Positions 1-9,904 of a DNA stretch of 64,000 nt are shown here, in pieces. Under the pieces are notes generated by a model. That model searched no databases. It worked only from the letters and a program-made list of their open reading frames with translations, and was not told where the DNA came from. The stretch is from an uncultured Spirochaetota bacterium. Its GTDB lineage: Bacteria > Spirochaetota > Spirochaetia > SZUA-6 > Fen-1364. The position numbers were made by a program, and so were the translations under genes. Positions within the stretch are counted from its first letter, which is position 1, and each line of letters opens with the position of its first letter. The stretch lies in assembly GCA_963820525.1 (NCBI GenBank), contig CAWGAA010000001.1, forward strand, positions 2,432,001-2,496,000, given 5' to 3'.

Positions 1-32
1 AATCTTTTGATTATTTTGAGGAGGAGTATGCG

Positions 33-713
33 ATGAACGCGATCGAGCTGAAAAATGTCAAGAAGAACTACCCGCTTGGAGCAACAACGGTCCATGCTCT
101 GCGCGGCGTGGACCTCGCAATCGAAGAGGGAGACTTCATTTCGATTGTCGGCCCTTCGGGGAGCGGAAAGACCACCCTGTTGAACATCATTGGATGCATT
201 GACAGCGCAACCGAAGGATCCGTGAAGATACACGGAAACGAGGTCACCACTCACTCGGACAAGCGTCTGACGGACCTCCGACTCCACACGATCGGCTTCA
301 TATTCCAGACCTTCAACCTGATCCCGGTCCTCACCACGCGGGAGAACGTCGAGTTCCCTCTCCTGCTGATGAAAAAGGAGCATCTCTCCAAGAAGGAGAT
401 CCGAAAGCGCGCCGAAAAGCTCCTGGAGGAAGTGGGGCTGAAGGAGCAGATGGGCCAGAGGCCCTTCGAGCTTTCCGGCGGCCAGCGCCAGCGCGTTGCG
501 ATTGCCCGCGCCCTTGTCACCAAGCCCACTATCATTCTCGCGGACGAGCCGACGGCAAACCTGGACTCCGAAACCGGAGAGATGATCCTGAAGCTCATGA
601 AGGAGCTCAACGTCGTGGAAAAGACGACCTTCATCTTCTCCACGCACGACGCGGACATCCTGAAATACGCCAACAGCGTGGTCAAGATCAAAGACGGCCT
701 CCGGGTTTCGTGA
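33..713 (+). CDS. ABC transporter ATP-binding protein, LolD/MacB-like
   Basis: Walker A GPSGSGKT, signature LSGGQRQRVAIARAL, ILADEPTANLDS; SD GAGGAGGAG upstream. Confidence 0.93.
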   Translation: MNAIELKNVKKNYPLGATTVHALRGVDLAIEEGDFISIVGPSGSGKTTLLNIIGCIDSATEGSVKIHGNEVTTHSDKRLTDLRLHTIGFIFQTFNLIPVLTTRENVEFPLLLMKKEHLSKKEIRKRAEKLLEEVGLKEQMGQRPFELSGGQRQRVAIARALVTKPTIILADEPTANLDSETGEMILKLMKELNVVEKTTFIFSTHDADILKYANSVVKIKDGLRVS

Positions 714-729
714 CGGGGGAGGAAAGAAT

Positions 730-2242
730 ATGTTGATTTTCAAGCTTGCCTGGAGAAACATCCTTCGCCACAAAGGGAAGAGCATCATCATCGGCACCAT
801 TCTCTTCCTCGGTGCATTCATCATGACGCTGGGAAACGCCACCGCCATCGGAATGCAGAAGGGGATCGAAGAGAACATCGTCAAGAGCTTCACGGGCCAC
901 ATCATCCTTGTCTCCTCGGAGGAGATAAAGGACAACGTGATCTTCACCCCCATGGCCAAGCCGCTCAAGATCCTGAAGGACTTTGACAAGGTGAGCGCCC
1001 TGCTCAGGCAGCAGAGCTACGTCAAGGACTTCCTTCCCATGGCCCGCGGCGGGGTCGCCATCCTGGGGGGAAACCAGATGAGCTTCATGCTCACCTTCGG
1101 GTGCAACTTCGGCGATTTCCAGCGCGTCTTCGACCATCCCATCAAGGCCATGGAGGGGGAGCTCCTGAAAAACGGGGATCACGGGCTCCTGGTCAATATC
1201 AACGGCCGGAAGTGACCTCCACAAGTCCCAGGGTTTCTGGCTCCTGCCCCAGGGGTACGAGCTGAACACGGGAAACCTGACCGACGATGCCAGGAGGGAG
1301 ATGCCCTATCTGCCCCTGAAGTACGAGCTGGCGTTGGAGGGCTACGGGGAGCCAACGGCCACCAACATGACGCTTCCGGTAAAGGGGATCATCCGTTTCA
1401 AGTCGCTCAATGCGGCCCTGTACCAGGTCACCCTCATGGACATCGAATCCTACCGCCAGATCTTCGGCTACTACACGGCGGAGGACGTGGTCGAAAAGCT
1501 TCCGCCCAAGGAAGCGGCGCTCATGGATGCCGGGGAAGATGACCTGTTCGGCTCCGGCAATATCTTCTCCGCGGGCGGCTCCTCCTCGGTGAGCGACCTG
1601 GAGGCAAAGATTCGAACCCAGCCCCCGGTGACCAGGAAGATCAACCTGAACAATGCCGCGTACAACTACATCTCGGTGCTGCTCGCCCCGGGAGAGAAGA
1701 TAGACGCCTCCATGGCCAAGCTGAAAGAGCTCATGAAGGAGAACGATCTTCCCGTCAAGGTCCTGAGCTGGAAGCAGGCCACGGGGCAGGTCGCGCAGGT
1801 CGCGGACATCGTCCAGGCGATTCTCAGCGTCTTCGTCATCCTGCTGTTCTTTGTCGCGATCATCATCATCATGAACACGCTCAGCATGACGGCTCTGGAA
1901 CGCACCGAGGAGTTCGGGATGATGCGAGCCGTGGGAGCGCAGAAGGGTTTCATCAGCAGGATGTTCCTCACCGAGACTTTCTTCCTTTCGTTCATCTTCG
2001 GCGGTGCCGGCATCTTCATCGGCGTCATCGTCACCTGGATCATACGGCCGCTGGGAATCAGCTCGGGCGGAAAGGAGATCTTCGAGCTCCTGTTCGGCGG
2101 AGAAGTCTTCCGCCCCATCCTCGGATCCGCCGGGTTGGTGACGGGCATTTTCAGGCTCGGGATCGTCACGCTGTTGGCGGTGATCTACCCCCTCCTGGTC
2201 GCCAGGAAGATCAGCCCGCTCGACGCCATTAATCGCCAGTAA
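730..2242 (+). CDS. FtsX/LolC-E-family ABC permease, split by a +1 frameshift at ~1213
   Basis: N-term LAWRNILRHKGKS; C-term MTALERTEEFGMMRAVG and ARKISPLDAI; removing T1213 joins ORF 730 in frame to ORF 1301. Confidence 0.85.
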
Positions 2243-2255
2243 AAGAGGGAATAGT

Positions 2256-4085
2256 ATGTTTCACGTGGTATTGCAGATAGCGGGGATCGTGCTCATTGCG
2301 GCCGTTTCCGCGTTGCTCCTGTACATCGTCTATAAGCTGGTCACCGCGCGCCTCTCCGTGCGGATCGGCCTTCGAAACCTCGTTCGTCAGTTCCGGAGGA
2401 ACCTCCTTTTGGGCATCGGGATCGCGGTGGGCATGTGCATCCTCTTCGTGACCACCTCCTTCACCAGCGGGCTCACGGACATCATCTTCAACAAGATCAT
2501 GGTCTACATGACGGGCCACATGCGCGTCATGATGGCCGAGTACACAACCCGGCGCGCCGACGTCATCAGGGACAAGCCGCGCGCCATCGAGGCGATCAGG
2601 AAGAACGTCGAAGGAATCAAGTCCATCGACGAGGACATAAGCGCGTTCGCGATCGGCGTGGGAAACGGCAAGACCTCCATGCTGGCACTCGTGGGAATAT
2701 CGCGCGACTCCGCCTTCTACAGCGACACCGACCTTGAAGCGGGAAGCACCCGGGACATGTACAAGAAGGACGTATTCCCGGGAATCGTTCTCTACAAGAA
2801 CGCGGCCAGGGACATGAACGTCGGCATGAACGACATCATCACGGTGCGATTCGAGACCGTCTATGGGCAGTCCCAGGCGCCCAAGTTCAAGATCGTGGGG
2901 CTCATCCCGTCCCAGAACATGTTCATGGACGTGGCGGCTTACGTGGATATGGAGACTCTCAGGACCATGCTCAACCTGAAACCGGAGGAATGCCTTGGCC
3001 TCAACATCGTCACCACCTACCCCGAAGACCGCCAGAAAGTGATTGCGATGGCCAACCGGCTCCACGGGGCGCTGGAGCCCCAGGCTGCCGGCGTGATGGC
3101 CGAGCTTGCAAACGGGACGGTGAGCGTAAAAGCCCCCGTGCTCGCCCTGAAGCTGGAATCCGATCCCCAGGCCTTCGAGATAGCCAAGGGAAACCTCCAG
3201 TTCGTCAAGGCGGACCTCGATTCCCTTGCCGGAGCCAAGGACGGCGTCATCCTCACCCAGCCGCTTTCCGCCGCTCTCCACGCGGATACCGGTTCCACGC
3301 TCACCTATCGCTACACGCCCAAGTACTCCAACGATGTGGTGGAGCGAAAAGTTGTCGTGAAGGGGATCATCAAGCCTGCCGCGCCCTTCGACGGTCCGGC
3401 TGCCCTGGCCAATGAGAACCTGTTCTACGACACGTTCTTCCGCAATATCCCGAAGGAGCCGGCCAGCGTCTCCCGCGACGCACCCATCTTCAAGGCGCTC
3501 CTCCCCGAGTGGGATCTCCTGGAGCGCAGCAAGGACACGGACTCTTCCATAAAGAAACAGAACAAGCTCAACACGGAATCCTGGAAAGGCGCCAAGCTGG
3601 ACGTACAGACCATGTACGAAACGGCGAGCATGATCATCGATTTCCAGCTCGGCCTGAACATCATCTCCGTGGTGGCCGTGTTCATCCTCTTCTTCGTCAT
3701 TCTGATCGGGGTCGTGAACACGATGAGGATGAGCATCCGGGAGCGGACCCGGGAGATCGGCACCAATAGGGCCATCGGGATGCAGCGCACAGACGTGCGC
3801 TGGGTCTTCGTGTTCGAGATTGTCCTCCTGGCTTTCTTCGCCTGCCTGGCCGGAACCATTCTCGGCTACGGCTTTACCCGGCTTCTTTCCTCGTTCACGA
3901 TCGACCTGAAGGACAATCCGTTCAGCATGTTCTTCGTCAACAAGCACCTCTACTTTGTCCCGACCCTGACGGCGACCTACATGACTTTCGGAATCATCAT
4001 GGCGATATCCTACATAATCGCCCATCTCGCAGCGCGGCGCGCCGCCAACCTTGGCGTCGCGGAAGCGCTCCGTCACTATGAATAA
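2256..4085 (+). CDS. FtsX/LolC-E-family ABC permease with large periplasmic region
   Basis: GLRNLVRQFRRN, MSIRERTREIGTNRAIG, AARRAANLGVAEALR; multiple TM segments. Confidence 0.9.
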   Translation: MFHVVLQIAGIVLIAAVSALLLYIVYKLVTARLSVRIGLRNLVRQFRRNLLLGIGIAVGMCILFVTTSFTSGLTDIIFNKIMVYMTGHMRVMMAEYTTRRADVIRDKPRAIEAIRKNVEGIKSIDEDISAFAIGVGNGKTSMLALVGISRDSAFYSDTDLEAGSTRDMYKKDVFPGIVLYKNAARDMNVGMNDIITVRFETVYGQSQAPKFKIVGLIPSQNMFMDVAAYVDMETLRTMLNLKPEECLGLNIVTTYPEDRQKVIAMANRLHGALEPQAAGVMAELANGTVSVKAPVLALKLESDPQAFEIAKGNLQFVKADLDSLAGAKDGVILTQPLSAALHADTGSTLTYRYTPKYSNDVVERKVVVKGIIKPAAPFDGPAALANENLFYDTFFRNIPKEPASVSRDAPIFKALLPEWDLLERSKDTDSSIKKQNKLNTESWKGAKLDVQTMYETASMIIDFQLGLNIISVVAVFILFFVILIGVVNTMRMSIRERTREIGTNRAIGMQRTDVRWVFVFEIVLLAFFACLAGTILGYGFTRLLSSFTIDLKDNPFSMFFVNKHLYFVPTLTATYMTFGIIMAISYIIAHLAARRAANLGVAEALRHYE

Positions 4086-4098
4086 GGGGGAACGAACA

Positions 4099-4890
4099 AT
4101 GACCTTTGCCATGCTTTCACGGCCGCGCTTGCTGGCCGTTGCCCTCGTTCTGGCGGCCTCGGCGCCGGGACTCTGGGCAGGCGCCACCATCCAGCAGATC
4201 ATCGACTACATGGACGCCAAGTACGAAATAAGAAGCGACATGACGGCCAAGGCTCGCATCACCACCAAGGACCCGGAGCAGGGCAACAAGGTGATAGACT
4301 CCATCTACTACCGCAGAGACAGCGACGACGCGTTCCTGATCGTAATCGCGGACCCGGAGACGGACCGCGGAAACGGGTACCTGCGGGTGGGAGACAACAT
4401 GTGGCTGTACCGCAGGAACACCCGCACCTTCACCCACATCGGCCGGGACGAAAAGATCGGAGGCTCCAACACGAGCGCCGGGGACGTGGAGACCAGGAAG
4501 TTCAGGGAGCTCTACAAGCCCTCCGTGGACTCCTCGGGCAGCGAGATCATCTCTGAGGAGACGCTGGGAAGCGCCAAAATCCCGGTCTACAAGCTCGAAG
4601 TAATAGCCAAGGTGAACGACGTGAAATACCCCAAGCTGGTGATGTGGGTGACCAAGGACAAGTTCCTCGAGCTCAAGCGCGAGTCCTACAGCCTTTCGGG
4701 CACTCTCATGGAGACCTCCTTCTTCACCAACTACAAGGAGGTGGAGGGCAAGTATGTTCCCCTGCTCATGAAGTTCACGGATGAGGTAGAGAAGGGAAAG
4801 ACCTCCCTCTTCGAGATCACGGGGATCTCCTTCGAGAAGGTGGACAACTACAAGTTCGACAAAAAATACCTGGAAAGCTTGAGCAAATAG
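4099..4890 (+). CDS. LolA-like outer-membrane lipoprotein-sorting protein
   Basis: Signal peptide; IADPETDRGNGYLRVGDNMWLY and GSNTSAGD resemble the LolA_like family; follows FtsX permeases; SD AAGGGGG before ATG 4099. Confidence 0.75.
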   Translation: MTFAMLSRPRLLAVALVLAASAPGLWAGATIQQIIDYMDAKYEIRSDMTAKARITTKDPEQGNKVIDSIYYRRDSDDAFLIVIADPETDRGNGYLRVGDNMWLYRRNTRTFTHIGRDEKIGGSNTSAGDVETRKFRELYKPSVDSSGSEIISEETLGSAKIPVYKLEVIAKVNDVKYPKLVMWVTKDKFLELKRESYSLSGTLMETSFFTNYKEVEGKYVPLLMKFTDEVEKGKTSLFEITGISFEKVDNYKFDKKYLESLSK

Positions 4891-4891
4891 G

Positions 4892-6305
4892 ATGACGGCA
4901 ATGAACCGGCTGATCGCTCTCCTCTTCGCGTTCGTGTTCTGCGCGGTCTCCGCGGGCATGCTGCTCGCGGAAGATTCGGCTGCACCGGCGGATAATGCCG
5001 CGGAAGACGACTTCTTCGGAAGCGGCTCCGTTGAGACGAAAGACAACCAGGCCGAAGTGAAAAACATGGCAGAGCAGCTGGACACTGAGCGGGTCGGGCT
5101 ATCGGGCAACATGCAGGCGTCGAGCTCCTACACGATGACGCGGGACTTTTTCAGAGGCATCGGCACCATGGATAACAACAGTTGGGCCAACGCGGTCCAG
5201 GGTGATTTCCTGGTGGATGCCCGTCTCAAGAAGAACTTCAGGGCCTTCGTTGACTTGAATCTGGGATATCTCAGCCCCGGCGTGCCGGTACCCCACACCT
5301 TCACGACGATGGACAACGTCATAACGCTGCTTCCCGGAACGACATTTCAGGTCACGGAATCCCCCTCCACGCTCCTTCTGATCAAGGAAGTCTTTGTCGA
5401 TTTCAACCTGGCAAATACCGTGTATTTCAGGGCCGGCAAGCAGGTCCTTTCAATGGGGCAGAGGGTATCTCTGGACTCCCACGGACCTCATCAATATCCA
5501 GCGCAAGAGCTTCATGAACCTGAATGCATTACGCGAGGGTGTCCTGGGATTGCGTACGGACATCGTGTTCGCGCGCGAGTTTCATTTCTATACGTTCCTG
5601 GATTTCAACTCCATCGACACCCTGTCGAACGTGGCGGGGGCGGGACGCGCCGAGTTTCTTGTGGGCGCAACGGAGTTCGGGGTCTCCGCCTGGGCAAAGC
5701 AGAACAAGATCCCGGCCTTCGGCCTGGACGTCTCGACAACCCCGTTCTGGAACATCGTCTTCTACGCGGAGGGCGCCTTCTCCTGGGGCTCCGACATTGA
5801 AAAGATGAGAACGGACGGGTCCACCTATTTCATCCGCGGCGAGCTGGTTCCCAGGATATCCGCCGGCCTCTCCCGGTCCTTCGACGCGTGGGACGTGAAC
5901 GACAGGATACAGGTCAATGCGGAGTTCTACTACAACGGGGCGGGCTACGACGAGAACATGTTCCAGGCGCTCAGCCCCACGAACCTCGCCAATTTCTTCG
6001 CGCGCGGAGATTACACCTACAGCGACTACGGCAGGTACTACGGAGCGCTTTTCGTCACCATCAACAAATTCTTCGTGGACCAGCTCACCCTCACGCTGAG
6101 CGGGCTGGGCAACTTCTCGGATCTCTCCTTCATACCCATGGCGAGCCTTGCATGGTCTCCCGTGAACAACTTCACGCTGAACTTCCAGGTCGCAACCTAT
6201 CTGGGGCCCGACCAGCGCGAGTTCACGGCCGCCTTCAACCAGGCGAACGGGAGCATGGGAAACAATATGCTCACGGCGAGCATCTACGCCACGGTGGCTT
6301 TCTAA
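4892..6305 (+). CDS. Putative outer-membrane beta-barrel protein, frameshifted at ~5449
   Basis: Signal peptide; LIKEVFVDF...FRAGKQVL(Q)WGRG...WTPTDLIN motif spans the two frames; amphipathic strands; C-terminal ATVAF. Confidence 0.7.
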
Positions 6306-6350
6306 GGCTATTGCAATAGGGTGATTACGGAGCGCGGCACCGGGAGCGCC

Positions 6351-7421
6351 CTACTGCATGTGCTGGAAGACCTCGTAGATCGTATCCTCCACATCCCTTC
6401 CCCGAAGCCTCTCCCGTCTCAAGGATGACTGCGGAATTGAGAGGCGGGCCTTCTTCCTCGTTTCCTCCGAGATGATGATTCCCCCGGCCGGCGCAAGGCT
6501 TTCCAGGCGGCTCGCCATGTTGACCGTGTCTCCGATCAGCGTGTTGTCGTAGCGATGGTTTCCCCCCACGTTCCCGCGGATGACCGGGCCGGTGTGGATG
6601 CCGATGCGAAACTGGATGGGGCGCCGACCCTCCTGGATTTCCCTGGCGTTCATTTCCTTGAGCTCCCGCTGGAGCTGAACCATGCTTTCAACGGCGACCT
6701 TGGCATCCCGATAGACCGCGAAGAAGGCGTCCCCGATGAACTTGTCGATGTCCCCTCCGGCCTGGTAGACGATCCGGGTAGCCACATCGAAGACCGTGTT
6801 CAGCGTCCTGATCACGTCGCGCGGCGGCATGTGCTGGGTCATCTCCGAGAATCCCTTGATGTCGGCAAAGACGACCGTGAGCTCGGTCTCCTCCTCGGGA
6901 ATCGCGATCTTCTGCAGATGTGCGTACGCCTTGGCGATATCCCAGATCGTCCTCGGAATGTAGTCCTTGATAAGGTCCACGAGGATGAAATCGTGGATGG
7001 CCGCCTCGTGAAGCTCGGAGATCTTGCTCTGTATATCTTCGTTGAAGAGATAACTCCGTATCAGCGGCTTGACCACGGTTGAAAGGAGAGTCTCGGCCGA
7101 TTTCCTGTCGATGACATTGTCGATTCCGAATGAAAAAGCGCTCTTCATCGTTCCTGCGTCGCTCTCCGCAACGATGACGATGATGGGAATGATGCGAAGC
7201 ATCTCGTCGTTTTTTAAGGCGGAAAGCCATTCCAGGATGCCCGTGACGCTGCTGTCCGCGATCACCAGGCATACCCGGTTTTCATACAAGTAAGGCTCGG
7301 CCTCCTCCATCGAGGCTGCCCGGCGGATCTCCACCTCGCCGCCCCCCTCCCCGGAAAGGGCCTCCCTCATCTCCTCGGCGTTCAAGCTCACCGAGCCGAT
7401 GCACAGGATGTCGTGTACCAT
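6351..7421 (-). CDS. Class III adenylate cyclase with N-terminal degenerate receiver-like domain
   Basis: FADIKGFS, DKFIGDA, RIGIHTGPV, IGDTVNMASRLE; start at MVHDIL (7421) after a TACTAT box. Confidence 0.9.
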   Translation of the reverse strand: MVHDILCIGSVSLNAEEMREALSGEGGGEVEIRRAASMEEAEPYLYENRVCLVIADSSVTGILEWLSALKNDEMLRIIPIIVIVAESDAGTMKSAFSFGIDNVIDRKSAETLLSTVVKPLIRSYLFNEDIQSKISELHEAAIHDFILVDLIKDYIPRTIWDIAKAYAHLQKIAIPEEETELTVVFADIKGFSEMTQHMPPRDVIRTLNTVFDVATRIVYQAGGDIDKFIGDAFFAVYRDAKVAVESMVQLQRELKEMNAREIQEGRRPIQFRIGIHTGPVIRGNVGGNHRYDNTLIGDTVNMASRLESLAPAGGIIISEETRKKARLSIPQSSLRRERLRGRDVEDTIYEVFQHMQ

Positions 7422-7609
7422 GGCGATATAGTACACAAACCGAAGGCCTTGAGAATCCTCGTCCGGGAGCCGCGTGGGAATCTTCTCCCACGGCATACGC
7501 TGCCGCCGCTCTGTTGACGGCAAAGCGGTCGAGAAAATACACTCTCTCTTGAACGGCGCGATCCGACGCCCGTCCTGGGGTTGGACCCATGAAGAAAGGA
7601 AGGCGGTGC

Positions 7610-8572
7610 ATGAAAGCCATTGTGGTAAGAGAGTTCGGAGGGCCCGAAGTCCTGAAGCTCGCCGAAGTGCCCATTCCGGAGCCCGCGGCAGGGCAGGTGC
7701 TGGTACGAATCAAGGCTGCCGGCGTGAATCCGGTGGAAACGTATATACGAAGCGGCGTGTACGCGCGAAAGCCGGATCTTCCCTTCACTCCGGGCACGGA
7801 TGGCGCGGGGCTTATCGAAGCGGTGGGAAGCGGCGTTGAGCATGTAAAGCCCGGCGACCGCGTGTACGTGGGTGGAAGCTCCACCGGTACCTATGCCGAA
7901 TATGCGCTCGCACTTGAGTCTCAGGTGCATCGCCTTTCTGAGCGCGCTTCATTCTCCCAGGGGGCGGGCGTGCACGTGCCTTACGCAACCGCCTACCGGG
8001 CGCTCACCCGCTTCGCCCATGCGCGGGGCGCGGAGATCGTTCTGGTGCATGGGGCAAGCGGCGGGGTGGGGATTGCCGCCGTGCAGATTGCCCGCGCCCT
8101 GGGGATGACCGTGATCGGAACCGCCGGGTCAGACCGGGGCCGCGAGCTCGTGAAAAAGGAGGGCGCTCATCACTGCCTGAATCATCGCGCGAGCGGCTAT
8201 CAGAAGGATGCCCTCAGCCTGACGGAAGGCCGGGGGTTTGACGTCATTATTGAAATGCTTGCCAACGTCAACCTGGGGGCTGACCTGAAGCTCCTGGCCA
8301 TGGGCGGGCGCGTCGTAGTAATAGGCTCCCGCGGTGAGGTAACGATCAACCCGAGAGAGCTGATGGGACGAGATGCGGCAGTCTACGGCATGCTCCTCTG
8401 GAATATCCCCGATGACGACTCCATAAGCACTCATGCAGCGATTGTGGCTGGCTTGGAAAATGGCTCGCTCAAGCCAGCCGTCGGCAAGGAGCTTCCCCTC
8501 GCCGAAGCGCCCGCAGCCCACAAACTCGTCATGGAGCCGGGGGCATGCGGGAAGATCGTGCTGATACTGTAG
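7610..8572 (+). CDS. NADPH:quinone oxidoreductase (zeta-crystallin/MDR family)
   Basis: FGGPEVL, AAGVNPVE, PFTPGTDGAG, VLVHGASGGVG, GKIVL. Confidence 0.92.
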   Translation: MKAIVVREFGGPEVLKLAEVPIPEPAAGQVLVRIKAAGVNPVETYIRSGVYARKPDLPFTPGTDGAGLIEAVGSGVEHVKPGDRVYVGGSSTGTYAEYALALESQVHRLSERASFSQGAGVHVPYATAYRALTRFAHARGAEIVLVHGASGGVGIAAVQIARALGMTVIGTAGSDRGRELVKKEGAHHCLNHRASGYQKDALSLTEGRGFDVIIEMLANVNLGADLKLLAMGGRVVVIGSRGEVTINPRELMGRDAAVYGMLLWNIPDDDSISTHAAIVAGLENGSLKPAVGKELPLAEAPAAHKLVMEPGACGKIVLIL

Positions 8573-8599
8573 GTTGGAGCGCGGTCCACGGCGAGACCC

Positions 8600-9017
8600 C
8601 CCATCTTCCACCTTTATCTGAGCCGTGACGCTGAAAAGCCCCATGAAGCAGTCCGGCTGCCCGATACCCCTTCCATCTATATACGACACGGGCGCCGGGG
8701 TAGGCGCTGAAAACGATGGGGCTGCCCGGAGCTCCCGAGTTCTTCACGCTAACCCTCTCGTGATAGATTCCCTCCATCACATAGACCTTCTGGCCGGTCA
8801 CAAGCGTCGAGGCGGCTTTCTGGATCGTCTTCCAGGGCGCCTGCATCGTTCCAGGATTCGAATCGCTGCCATACGTGGAGACGGAGAAGATGCTTGCCGG
8901 ATCCACGGGCTCGGGATAGGTAAAGCCCGGTGCGTCCGACTGCCACGCGCATCCGGCAAGGGACAAGATCACGAGGACAATCGAAAAGCAAATCGGCGCC
9001 GTACCCCTCACCCCCAT
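8600..9017 (-). pseudogene. Truncated, frameshifted lipoprotein with DUF1565/parallel beta-helix N-terminus
   Basis: Lipobox LAGC; VSTYGSDSNPGTMQAPWKTIQKAA...VMEGIYHE...AYPGARVV|IDG across a frameshift at ~8680; homology-like sequence ends ~8600 (approximate). Confidence 0.65.
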
Positions 9018-9154
9018 GCGAGCTGCCCTCCAGTAAATGTTTCGCGAGACTCTATCCGATCTTTCCCGTCCTTTCAACGGCTTTATCGGCTCTCGAATTG
9101 CGGCGCGGCATCAGCGGTGCTATGATTGTCCTCACCGGCTAGAGGAGGCGAACC

Positions 9155-9904
9155 GTGCGACTCGGACGCGATAAGAGCTGCGCTCCACTTCTCCAGCTCG
9201 ACGAGGTGCGGCGGAGGCTTGGCCTCGTGGCGGAGAGCGGGGGAGGGCTTCATGCCATTGAGGTGGACCACGTCATCGGCACGGTGGACCGGTGCTGCGA
9301 CTTCGACAGGTGTTTCCGCCCCTTGAGGCCCCACCTCGTGAGCCTCGTCGAGAAGGTGAAGAAGGCGTTCCCCGAGGGAGACTTTCCTCCCATTCACGTC
9401 ATCCAGATCGATCGCGCCTACTTCGCGGTGGACGGCCACAAGCGCCTCGCGGCGGCGCACATGCTTGGCGTGAAATCCATCGACGCGGAGGTGACGCGCC
9501 TGTCCAGTCCCTATCCCATCAATGAGCGGACACAGGAGTCGGATATCGCTCTGCATTCGGCGCAGGACCATTTCCTGAAAAACTCGGGGCTTCAGGCAGC
9601 CCGCCCCTCCGCGCGCATCGCCTGTCGGCTGCCGGGCCAGTACGGAGAGCTCTTGGACGTGGTCAAGGCATACGGCTACGATCTGGCCCTGTCGACGGGG
9701 CGTCTTCAGCAGCCCGCCGAGGTGGCGGCTTCCTGGTACGACTGCGACTACCGGGAGAGGCTTCGAGACGAGCGCTCGGGGGGCATATGCAAGCTTCTCT
9801 CCTGCTGTTCCGAGGGTGAGCTGTACCTCATGATCCATCGCTCTTCACGGCTTTCCGGGTCTGCCGCCTCTGAGCATTTTCCTGACGCCCCGGATACACG
9901 ATGA
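9155..9904 (+). CDS. ParB/Sulfiredoxin-like N-terminal domain protein (DUF4032-like)
   Basis: IGTVDRCCDFDRCFRP and PPIHVIQIDRAYFAVDGHKRLAAA...IDAEVT; SD GAGGAGG before GTG. Confidence 0.75.
   Translation: MRLGRDKSCAPLLQLDEVRRRLGLVAESGGGLHAIEVDHVIGTVDRCCDFDRCFRPLRPHLVSLVEKVKKAFPEGDFPPIHVIQIDRAYFAVDGHKRLAAAHMLGVKSIDAEVTRLSSPYPINERTQESDIALHSAQDHFLKNSGLQAARPSARIACRLPGQYGELLDVVKAYGYDLALSTGRLQQPAEVAASWYDCDYRERLRDERSGGICKLLSCCSEGELYLMIHRSSRLSGSAASEHFPDAPDTR

Noticed and set aside
6308..6319. 12-bp palindrome CTATTGCAATAG after the beta-barrel gene
   Set aside because: Single short instance between convergent genes, with no loop or U-tract; function unsupported
9155..9904. Plasmid/chromosome partition locus
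   Set aside because: No parA, no HTH region and no parS-like palindrome seen
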